Assembly (NCBI GenBank): GCA_963663035.1 | Contig: OY760074.1 | Location: 992,001-1,056,000 of the forward strand | Reading direction: 5' to 3' | DNA from: Acidobacteriota bacterium | Lineage (GTDB): Bacteria; Acidobacteriota; UBA6911; RPQK01; JADFOI01 | DNA length: 64,000 nt | Shown here: positions 56,216-64,000 of the stretch, piece by piece | Position numbering within the stretch: the first letter of the stretch is position 1 | Layout of the letters: each line of letters opens with the position of its first letter | Made by a program: the position numbers and the translations under genes | The notes under the pieces: generated by a model | Databases searched by the model: none | What the model saw: the letters and a program-made list of their open reading frames with translations, nothing else | What the model was told of the DNA's origin: nothing

Positions 56216-58480
56216 TTACTGGTCCTGGATCTGAGCGAAATAGTCCTGGGGAACCAGGACTTGGCGGGGTTTGCTCCCATCGGGTGGGCCAATCAATCCC
56301 TCATGCTCCATCATGTCCAGCATTCGGGCTGCTCGTCCGTACCCGATCCTCAAGCGCCGCTGAAGCATGGAGGTTGAGGCTTTGCCAGTCTCTACGACAA
56401 ATTGCGCAGCCTGTTGGTAGAACTCATCTTCCAGATCGGAGATCTCGAGGAGGGAGCTCTCCTTTTCTTTCTCTACCCCAACCACCACCTCCTCTTCATA
56501 CTCAGGCTGGGCCTGTTTTTTGAGGAATCCGGTGATCAGCTGAATTTCCTTTTCGCTGATGTAGCCTCCGTGGATGCGGATCAACCGAGATGTTCCAGGT
56601 GGGAGAAAGAGCATGTCACCATCTCCCAACAGTCGTTCCGCGCCGTTGCAGTCAAGAACGGTGCGCGAGTCGACCTTGGAGGACACGCGAAAGGAAAGCC
56701 GGCAGGGAAAGTTAGCCTTGATGAGTCCGGTCAGCACGTCTACAGAGGGGCGCTGCGTGGCCAGGATCAAGTGGATACCAATGGCTCTGGCCATTTGTGC
56801 CAGGCGAGTCACGGAAGCTTCCACTTCCTTGCCGGCGGTCATCATCAAATCCGCCAACTCGTCTACGATCAAGACAATATAGGGAAGCGGGAGGTTCTCT
56901 TCGTCATCATTTTTCTCACTCAGGATCAACCGGTTGTATTGATCGATGTTGCGTACCCCCCGCTGGGCCAGCAACTTGTAACGCTGTTCCATCTCGTTGA
57001 CAGTCCAGTTGAGGGCATTGGCGGCTCGTTTTGGGTCCGTGACAATGGGGGTGAGTAAATGAGGAATGTCCTCGTATACTCCCAACTCCAAGCGCTTGGG
57101 ATCAATCATGATAAAGCGCACCTGGGCCGGACTGCACTTATAGAGGATGGAACAGACTGCGCAGTTCAAGGCCACGCTCTTTCCGGAACCCGTGGCCCCG
57201 GCAATGAGAAGATGAGGCATGCTGGCCAGATCACTGATGTAAGTACTCCCGTTGATCAGCTTTCCCAGTGCCAGTGTGAGCCGGGAAGTGGATTTTTCAA
57301 AGGCGGTCCCGGCCAGCAGCTCCCGAAAACGGATGGGGTGACGGTGGAGATTCGGAACTTCAATTCCCACGGTGTTTTTTCCGGGAATCCGGTCAATGCG
57401 AATCGACTCCGCTTTCAGAGCCAGACACAGGTCGTCGGCCAGGCTTGTGATCCTGCTGTACTTGATTCCGGCCTCAGGCTTGAACTCAAAAGTGGTGACA
57501 ATAGGCCCGGGGTGGATTTGAAGGACGCGGCCATGGACATCAAATTCAGCACACTTGGTGGCCAGAATTTGAGCCCGCTCGATCAAGTGAGGGTCATCGA
57601 TAACGGTGTCATCCTGCGGCAGCTGGAGAAAATCCAAAGGGGGAGTCTGATAGGGACGAACAGCCTGGCTTCCCAGAGAAGAGCTGGAGCTGTCCTGGAT
57701 CGATAGAGGGCCCGAAGGCGATGGTCTCAACTTTGGAGGAAGCGTTACGGTGACCGTTGGCAGGTGGTCTGATATCGTCTCCTGTGGGACCTTTCTTACG
57801 GGTGGTTCATTCAAAAAGAATCTTCGGGGCGGGGGCTGTGTGACCAACTTCTTTTTGTCCTGACTCAACCGGGCCAGGCTCTTTCTGTCACGGCGATGCG
57901 CTCGCCAGGAGACGTAGTGTCCAATCAGGATCGGAGAAAAATTCCAGTTTCGTTCCTGAATCCAGGTGAGGGTGTGATCTATGGAGAAGCGGGTGGTCGT
58001 GATCAAAGACAGAATCAGAAGGGCGGCCACCACAACCAGTGATCCCGGAGCATTCAGGAAGAGTAAGAGAGCATTTGCCAGCAAAAGGCCCAGCATGCCT
58101 CCGGCCATGAAGTTGACACTCTCTGGCAGGGTGGGAGAGAGCAGGCTCAATCCGGCACTAAGCGCTGCCAGGGTGCAGGAAAGACCCAACACTTTGATGA
58201 AAGGATATTCTGCTGACCGACCCCGGATCGTCTTGTAACCCAGCACCAGTAGGAGCAGCGGGAGATAGAGGGCAGCCAGTCCCAGAAGCTGGAAGAGGAA
58301 ATCGGAACTCCAGGCGCCGAGCTTGCCTACATAGTTGGCGTATTCCAGGGCGGCTGAGGAAACACTGGCCGAAGGGTCCAGGCCGTTGTGGCTGAGCAGG
58401 GAAAGGAGAAGAAGCAGCGAGGAGGCCAGAAACACCACTCCCAGGAGCTCACCTGCCTTTTGTCTTTGATAAATAGACAT
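56216..58480 (-). CDS. ftsK: DNA translocase FtsK
   Basis: N-terminal TMs; MPHLLIAGATGSGKSV, DELADLMM, ATQRPSVDV, gamma domain LQRRLRIGYGRAAR. Confidence 0.97.
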   Translation of the reverse strand: MSIYQRQKAGELLGVVFLASSLLLLLSLLSHNGLDPSASVSSAALEYANYVGKLGAWSSDFLFQLLGLAALYLPLLLLVLGYKTIRGRSAEYPFIKVLGLSCTLAALSAGLSLLSPTLPESVNFMAGGMLGLLLANALLLFLNAPGSLVVVAALLILSLITTTRFSIDHTLTWIQERNWNFSPILIGHYVSWRAHRRDRKSLARLSQDKKKLVTQPPPRRFFLNEPPVRKVPQETISDHLPTVTVTLPPKLRPSPSGPLSIQDSSSSSLGSQAVRPYQTPPLDFLQLPQDDTVIDDPHLIERAQILATKCAEFDVHGRVLQIHPGPIVTTFEFKPEAGIKYSRITSLADDLCLALKAESIRIDRIPGKNTVGIEVPNLHRHPIRFRELLAGTAFEKSTSRLTLALGKLINGSTYISDLASMPHLLIAGATGSGKSVALNCAVCSILYKCSPAQVRFIMIDPKRLELGVYEDIPHLLTPIVTDPKRAANALNWTVNEMEQRYKLLAQRGVRNIDQYNRLILSEKNDDEENLPLPYIVLIVDELADLMMTAGKEVEASVTRLAQMARAIGIHLILATQRPSVDVLTGLIKANFPCRLSFRVSSKVDSRTVLDCNGAERLLGDGDMLFLPPGTSRLIRIHGGYISEKEIQLITGFLKKQAQPEYEEEVVVGVEKEKESSLLEISDLEDEFYQQAAQFVVETGKASTSMLQRRLRIGYGRAARMLDMMEHEGLIGPPDGSKPRQVLVPQDYFAQIQDQ

Positions 58481-58525
58481 AGCTCGAGTAACCTCTCACT
58501 CTACCAACTGACGGTGACTCTTCTT

Positions 58526-58561
58526 GTCAGCGGTCAGTGGTTAGCTGTCAGTTGTCAGTTG
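58526..58561. repeat. Heptamer tandem repeat (GTCAGNN)x5 overlapping the rnj stop
   Basis: GTCAGCG-GTCAGTG-GTTAGCT-GTCAGTT-GTCAGTT. Confidence 0.7.
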
Positions 58562-60222
58562 TTGAGCAGCACCGGCAAAATAATCGGTCTCTTGCCGGTC
58601 TGTTTTCGCAGAAAGCGTCGGAGACCCTTTCGCAGGAGATCTTTAAAGACTTCCTCATCCTGCCTGTCTTCCAGCGCCGTTTGGGCCACCAGGGAGGAGA
58701 CCTCATTTTGAGCAGCTTCGACCAGGTCGGAGGAGGTCTCCATGAGCACAAAGCCTCTGGAAACCAGCTGCGGCTCTCCCAGGAGATCTCCTGTGACGCG
58801 GTCCAGGCGCAAGACCAGGACCACGAAGCCATCCTCGGACAGATAACGGCGGTCTCGCAGGACCCCCTCGTGAACCTCCTCCAGAAGACCTTCGTCGATA
58901 AAGCGTTTGCCCACCTTGATCGTTCCAGCTACCTCCATTGAATCGGGTAGGAGCTTCAAGATGTCTCCGTTTTCAATGATGAGAATGTTTTCTGGAGGGA
59001 TTCCTTGATCCTGGGCCAGCTCCGCATGATTCTTCAGTTGTCTGAACTCTCCATGGATGGGGACAAAAAACTTGGGTCGGGTCACATTGATCATCTGCTT
59101 CAGGTCATCGCGCAGACCATGACCAGAGCTGTGAATGGATGAGTGGCGAGAGTCGTAGACTCGAGCACCACGGCGATAGAAATGGTTCATCAGGTTGGAG
59201 ATCGGCTTTTCATTTCCCGGGATGATCCGTGCCGAAAGAATGACCAGATCTCCTTCTTCGACTTCGATGGCCTTGAATTCATTCCTGGACATGCGACTCA
59301 GAGCCGAGCGGGGTTCTCCCTGACTACCGGTGGCTAGAACAATCAGTTCATCCACCGCATAATCCTTTGTCTCCTTTGCTGAGATCAGGAGATTTTCGGG
59401 GACGTGGAGATAGTCGAGCTGGGTGGCTATTTTGATGTTGGTAATCATGCTGCGGCCCACAGGCACGACCTTCCGTCCGGACTCCTGGGCCAGGTCCAGG
59501 ATGACTTGAATGCGATGAATGCTGCTGGCAAAGCAAGCCACAATGATTTTCTTCTGTGCCGTCTCAAAGAGATTGCGCAGCGCGTCATACATGGTGGTCT
59601 CAGAAGCAGCCTGGCCTGAGGTCCGGCTATTGGTACTATCGGAGAACAGGGCCAGGACCCCTTTCTCCGCGTACTCCGAGAGACGATCTAGGTCGCTTAT
59701 CTTGCCATCTATCGGTCCTTGATCGAGCTTGAAATCCCCGGTCCAGATGATTCTTCCCACCGGGCTGGAAATGGCAAAGCAAAAGGCATCGGGGAAAGAG
59801 TGGGTCATGTGGAGGGGTTCAACGGTGAAAGAGCCGAACTCGAGTTTCTGTCTGGCCTCGATGGAGACCAGTTGTGCCGAGTCCTCCAGTTTGTGTTCCT
59901 TTAACCTTTCAGTCACCAGACCCAGCGTCAGGCGGCTGCCATAAACGGGAACCGGGATTTCGCCAATTAGATAAGCGAGTCCTCCCGCATGGTCCTCGTG
60001 ACCATGAGTCAGTAATATGGCCCGCAGTTGCTCTTGATTCTCCTTCAGGAAGGAAATGTCGGGAACGATCACCTCCACCCCTAGATCGTACCCCTGACCG
60101 TTACCGGGAAAGGTCACTCCGGCGTCGATGAGGATCATATCACTGCCGCAGCGCAGCGCTGCGCAGTTCATTCCAAACTCACCCAGACCTCCAAGAGGCA
60201 TGACTTCCAGACAATCACTCAT
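58555..60222 (-). CDS. rnj: Ribonuclease J
   Basis: PLGGLGEFGMN, THGHEDH, TGDFK, GSQGEP, IHSSGH, PIHGE. Confidence 0.96.
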   Translation of the reverse strand: MSDCLEVMPLGGLGEFGMNCAALRCGSDMILIDAGVTFPGNGQGYDLGVEVIVPDISFLKENQEQLRAILLTHGHEDHAGGLAYLIGEIPVPVYGSRLTLGLVTERLKEHKLEDSAQLVSIEARQKLEFGSFTVEPLHMTHSFPDAFCFAISSPVGRIIWTGDFKLDQGPIDGKISDLDRLSEYAEKGVLALFSDSTNSRTSGQAASETTMYDALRNLFETAQKKIIVACFASSIHRIQVILDLAQESGRKVVPVGRSMITNIKIATQLDYLHVPENLLISAKETKDYAVDELIVLATGSQGEPRSALSRMSRNEFKAIEVEEGDLVILSARIIPGNEKPISNLMNHFYRRGARVYDSRHSSIHSSGHGLRDDLKQMINVTRPKFFVPIHGEFRQLKNHAELAQDQGIPPENILIIENGDILKLLPDSMEVAGTIKVGKRFIDEGLLEEVHEGVLRDRRYLSEDGFVVLVLRLDRVTGDLLGEPQLVSRGFVLMETSSDLVEAAQNEVSSLVAQTALEDRQDEEVFKDLLRKGLRRFLRKQTGKRPIILPVLLNN

Positions 60223-60234
60223 GAGACGGGTAAA

Positions 60235-61029
60235 TTATAGCATCCGGGCAAGACAGCTATATTGTTCCAGGCTGACTGCTTCGGGGCGGGTTTGTTCCGC
60301 GATATCGCAGGTCTGGAAGGCTGTCCGAATACGGTCAGGGTCATGATCTCTCTTGAGATTGTTCCAGAGGGTCTTTCGGCGCTGCTGGAAAGCGTTCTTG
60401 AGCAAGTCCAGGAAGGCTGCATAATCGGACACAGGGTGGGGAGGCTCCCGGGGGAGCAGCTTCACGACGTGAGAGATGACCTTGGGTTGGGGTACAAAGA
60501 CGCCCGGGGGGATGTCAAAGCCGGCTAGTCGCTGGAAGTGATATTCCATGAGCAAGGTGAAGTATCCGTAGTCCTTGCTCCCCGGAGCGGCCAAGATTCG
60601 TTGAGCTACCTCTTTCTGGATCAAGATGGTGCAGCTTTGAATCCGATCCTTTATTTCGATCATCCTTTGTAGTATCCGGGTCGAGATGTTATAGGGAAGG
60701 TTGCCAATGACTTTGACAGGGTCCTGACCTAAAATGGTATCCCAGTCCAAGGTCAGCACATCCGCCTGGACAAGGGTGAGCCGGCTGTTGCCGGGGCTGT
60801 CCCCCGGCGGCCAGTGATCTTTCAGATACTGCACCATTTCACGGTCGAACTCGACCGCAATGACTTGGCGGGCCATGCTGATGAGGATCTCGGTTAATTG
60901 GCCGGTTCCCGGACCAATTTCAACGACGCTGTCGTGGGGACCGATCTCAGCAAAGCGGGCGATTTTTCGACAGGAGTTGGAATCGGTCAGGAAATGTTGA
61001 CCTAGAGATCGTTTTGCCCGGGGTTTCAT
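60235..61029 (-). CDS. rsmA: 16S rRNA dimethyladenosine transferase
   Basis: LGQHFL, EIGPG.G.LT, GNLPYNIS; start MKPRAKR. Confidence 0.95.
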   Translation of the reverse strand: MKPRAKRSLGQHFLTDSNSCRKIARFAEIGPHDSVVEIGPGTGQLTEILISMARQVIAVEFDREMVQYLKDHWPPGDSPGNSRLTLVQADVLTLDWDTILGQDPVKVIGNLPYNISTRILQRMIEIKDRIQSCTILIQKEVAQRILAAPGSKDYGYFTLLMEYHFQRLAGFDIPPGVFVPQPKVISHVVKLLPREPPHPVSDYAAFLDLLKNAFQQRRKTLWNNLKRDHDPDRIRTAFQTCDIAEQTRPEAVSLEQYSCLARML

Positions 61030-61102
61030 CTGGACCAAATCTGAGTATGGTAACATAACCCTGTATGGAGGAAGTGGACGTGGAAAATGCCAAGGAGATG
61101 AC

Positions 61103-61441
61103 ATGAGCGAGAACGTACAGTCTGTCACGGATGCGACTTTTGAAGAGGTCGTCTTGAACTCCGACAAACCGGTGCTGGTGGACTTTTGGGCCGCCTGGTG
61201 CGCCCCCTGTCGGATGCTTACACCCATTGTAGATGAGGTTGCTCAGGACTTTTCTGAGACGGCTACAGTTGTGAATTTAAACGTGGATGAGAATTCGGAA
61301 ACCTCTTCCAAATACAACATCAAGGGAATTCCTACCTTGCTGCTTTTCAAAGGTGGCGAAATCAAGGATCAGATTGTGGGCGCCACGTCGAAAGAAAATA
61401 TTGCCAGAATGATCCAAAATCAACTGCAGGAAACCAGCTAG
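61103..61441 (+). CDS. trxA: Thioredoxin
   Basis: VDFWAAWCAPC, IPTLLLFK. Confidence 0.95.
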   Translation: MSENVQSVTDATFEEVVLNSDKPVLVDFWAAWCAPCRMLTPIVDEVAQDFSETATVVNLNVDENSETSSKYNIKGIPTLLLFKGGEIKDQIVGATSKENIARMIQNQLQETS

Positions 61442-61496
61442 CGAGTAAGAGAGCAAATGATTCAGGTCTGGTCGGTTGCTCCGCTGTTCTCCCATC

Positions 61497-62798
61497 ATGG
61501 CTAATGTAGTGATTGTCGGCACTCAGTGGGGAGATGAGGGTAAAGGAAAGATCGTTCACCTCATCACCGACCGCTTTGACATCGTGGCTCGCTATCAGGG
61601 TGGTCACAATGCGGGTCACACCGTCATGATCGGCGATCAAAAATATATCCTTCACCTGATTCCCTCGGGGATTCTGCATGCCAAGAAGGTGTGTGTCATT
61701 GGGAATGGTGTCGTGATTGATCCTATGGCTCTGGATGAAGAGCTGGAGACGCTCAAGGATTTTCAAGTGGAAGGCCGGCTGTTCATCAGTGCCCGCTCAC
61801 ACCTCATCATGCCCTATCACCGCGCAATGGAGACCGGGGAGGAAACTCGTCTGGGGGAGAAGAAGATCGGCACGACCAGCCGGGGAATTGGCCCTTGTTA
61901 CGAAGATAAGGTTGGCCGCCGGGGAATCCGGGTAGGAGATCTGTCTTACCCGAAAGTTTTCAAGGCCAAGCTGGAGACTAACCTCGCTTTGAAAAATGAG
62001 ATCCTGACTCACGTATACGGAGCTGAACCGCTTGACGCCGGGGAGATTTATTCCTCGTATATGGAGCTGGCCCCCAAACTGTTGGCCTTGATGACCAATA
62101 CGGCCTTATATCTGAATGGGGCCATTCGCTCGGGTAAAAGCGTCCTGTTCGAGGGTGCTCAGGGAACGCTTCTGGACGTGGATCACGGCACCTATCCGTT
62201 TGTGACCTCTTCCAACGCCACCGCAGGAGGTGCCTGTGTTGGTACAGGCGTAGGACCCAGTGAAATCGACGGCATCCTTGGGATTGCCAAAGCCTATACG
62301 ACACGGGTGGGGGCAGGACCCTTTCCCACTGAGTTGACTGACGACACAGGGGAACTCATCCAAAAGAAGGGGAAGGAGATTGGCGCCTCCACCAGCCGGC
62401 CTCGCCGCTGCGGTTGGTTTGATGCGGTGGTGGTGCGGTACGCTTGCCTCATCAACAGCATTGACACCCTGGTGGTGACCAAGTTGGATGTGCTCGATGA
62501 ACTGGAAGAGATCAAAATCTGCAGCGGCTATCAGTACGAAGGGAAGGACCTGGACTATTTTCCCACTCAAATGAGTGTCCTGGAGGAAATTATGCCGATC
62601 TATGAGACTCATCGAGGATGGGAAACTGATACCTCACAGATCCATGATTATCACGCACTTCCCAGACCGGCCAGAGATTATCTGGACCGGATCTCAGAAT
62701 TGATCAAAACCGACATCTCCATCATCTCCATCGGACCGGAGCAGGGAGAGACGATCATTCTGGAAGAGAGCCTGCGCATACCCAAGCTGGCACATTAA
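61497..62798 (+). CDS. purA: Adenylosuccinate synthetase
   Basis: QWGDEGKGK, GGHNAGHT, FEGAQG, YTTRVG.GPFPTE, RRCGWFD. Confidence 0.98.
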   Translation: MANVVIVGTQWGDEGKGKIVHLITDRFDIVARYQGGHNAGHTVMIGDQKYILHLIPSGILHAKKVCVIGNGVVIDPMALDEELETLKDFQVEGRLFISARSHLIMPYHRAMETGEETRLGEKKIGTTSRGIGPCYEDKVGRRGIRVGDLSYPKVFKAKLETNLALKNEILTHVYGAEPLDAGEIYSSYMELAPKLLALMTNTALYLNGAIRSGKSVLFEGAQGTLLDVDHGTYPFVTSSNATAGGACVGTGVGPSEIDGILGIAKAYTTRVGAGPFPTELTDDTGELIQKKGKEIGASTSRPRRCGWFDAVVVRYACLINSIDTLVVTKLDVLDELEEIKICSGYQYEGKDLDYFPTQMSVLEEIMPIYETHRGWETDTSQIHDYHALPRPARDYLDRISELIKTDISIISIGPEQGETIILEESLRIPKLAH

Positions 62799-62832
62799 GT
62801 CTCGCCCTGCCGCTCCCTCGCTAACGCGCATC

Positions 62833-62871
62833 GTATTCTCCTGGCTCCTGCCTCCTGACTCCTGTATTCTC
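62833..62871. repeat. Heptamer tandem repeat (CTCCTGN)x4
   Basis: GTATT-CTCCTGG-CTCCTGC-CTCCTGA-CTCCT-GTATTCTC. Confidence 0.7.
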
Positions 62872-62895
62872 TTGAAACGTGAAAGGAAGTGTGAA

Positions 62896-64000
62896 ATGAG
62901 ACTCTCCAGACTTCTGCCTATCATCACTCTTTTCCTGTTGAACGCATGTCTTGAAACCCAGCCACCACCCGAGCAGGTCGATCTGCTCCTGATCAATGCT
63001 CGCGTGGTTGACGGAACGGGCGAAGTCTACGATGGAGCGACCATTGCCATCAGCGGCGAACGGATCGAGAGTATCGTGCGGGCCCCTGGCCCATTTGAAA
63101 GCGCCATTCAGATCGACCTCCAGGGAAAAACCGTCCTGCCGGGTCTGATCAATACCCATATCCATATCGGAACTTTGGGGAGGTTCGAAGACCAGGAAAC
63201 TCTGGACCAATATCTCTCCAACGACTTACCGGCCGACCTGGAAGAGTACCTGGCTCACGGCATCACCTCCGTCAAGTCCACCGGCGATATCCCGGAGGCC
63301 TTTATTCCGGTAAGAGAGCGGATTGAACGGGGTGATCTTCGGGGTCCCCGAGTGTTTCTGGCCGGCCCCGTACTCTCAGCCCCTGGAGGACACCCCGGTG
63401 CCAGCCTCTATCCCGACAATGCCTGGCTGCGGGAACTTGCCTCTAGAGAACTGACCACCGAAGAGGAGGCGCGTACAGAGGTCCGCCAGTTGGCCGAAAT
63501 GGGCGTGGATGCCATCAAGTTTGTCTATCACGGCAGTTCGGATGATGCCAAGCCCTATATGCTGGCGCCCGGCCTGCCCATCCGAAAGATCACCTCCCAG
63601 GTGATGGAAGCCATCATTGCTGAGGCTCATCAGCTTGGACTTCCCGTCACTGCCCATACGGCGGAACTGGAGGATGCAGTCGCGGTCCTGGAGGCCGGGT
63701 GTGACGGCCTGGAACATGGGGTGACGCGCTCACTCATTGAGGGTGAGGCATTGGGAGCTCTACTGCTGGAAAAGGGTGCCTTCTATGGACCGACTCTCTC
63801 CGGTTATATCAGCCGGAATCCCGTCATGGCAGACACGCTTTTGCCCAACGTCAAGCAGCTTGCCGAGCAGGGGGTCCGCATGGTTCTGGGGACCGACGGA
63901 GGCCCCGGCCGCGGGGGATCGGGAGTCGATACTCTCAAGGAACTGGAACTGATGGTTCAGGCGGGATTGACTCCCCAGCAGGCGATCCAGGCGGGAACTC
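62896..64000 (+). CDS. Amidohydrolase-family lipoprotein, 3'-truncated by the window (absent from the ORF track)
   Basis: Read by hand: MRLSRLLPIITLFLLNAC...LINARVVDGTG...DLQGKTVLPGLINTHIH (HxH)...GVDAIK...TAH...LEHG...LGTD. Confidence 0.88.
   Translation, partial: MRLSRLLPIITLFLLNACLETQPPPEQVDLLLINARVVDGTGEVYDGATIAISGERIESIVRAPGPFESAIQIDLQGKTVLPGLINTHIHIGTLGRFEDQETLDQYLSNDLPADLEEYLAHGITSVKSTGDIPEAFIPVRERIERGDLRGPRVFLAGPVLSAPGGHPGASLYPDNAWLRELASRELTTEEEARTEVRQLAEMGVDAIKFVYHGSSDDAKPYMLAPGLPIRKITSQVMEAIIAEAHQLGLPVTAHTAELEDAVAVLEAGCDGLEHGVTRSLIEGEALGALLLEKGAFYGPTLSGYISRNPVMADTLLPNVKQLAEQGVRMVLGTDGGPGRGGSGVDTLKELELMVQAGLTPQQAIQAGT

Noticed and set aside
1-64000. tRNA/rRNA genes, prophage or integrase
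   Set aside because: No cloverleaf or T-loop signatures, phage structural genes or recombinase were recognised by manual reading.

Overview
This 64-kb bacterial window is most likely from an Acidobacteriota genome. That is an inference from four acidobacterial-type VWA paralogs, a Ser/Thr kinase + PD40 propeller, a DUF6599-like protein and an acidobacterial pilin-type domain. About 1-15.4 kb is an accessory/conflict region. It holds a giant Ig-like + YD/RHS polymorphic toxin that is split by a ~25-bp frameshifting duplication and carries a circularly permuted LamG domain inserted in its YD shell. Next come three paralogous membrane immunity genes, one disrupted by an IS256. The two orphan immunity genes sit in apparent cassettes of [~21-bp motif]-[start-less remnant of a cognate toxin tail]-[immunity gene]. 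A tannase, a coupled ABC-ATPase + PLD-like two-gene candidate defence module and a YD/pilin-head fusion follow. The rest is mostly housekeeping: MATE, gcvT/H/PA/PB (split by a ~4.6-kb insert), hemACD-ccsA, trpS-scpAB-rluB-ribE-ribBX, glycerate kinase/gpgS, amidase, alaS-recX-ilvE, ftsK-rnj-rsmA, trxA, purA and a partial amidohydrolase. It is peppered with MITE/REP-like elements that often begin exactly at stop codons. No tRNA, rRNA or CRISPR array was recognised by eye. All family assignments come from motif recognition, not database searches.
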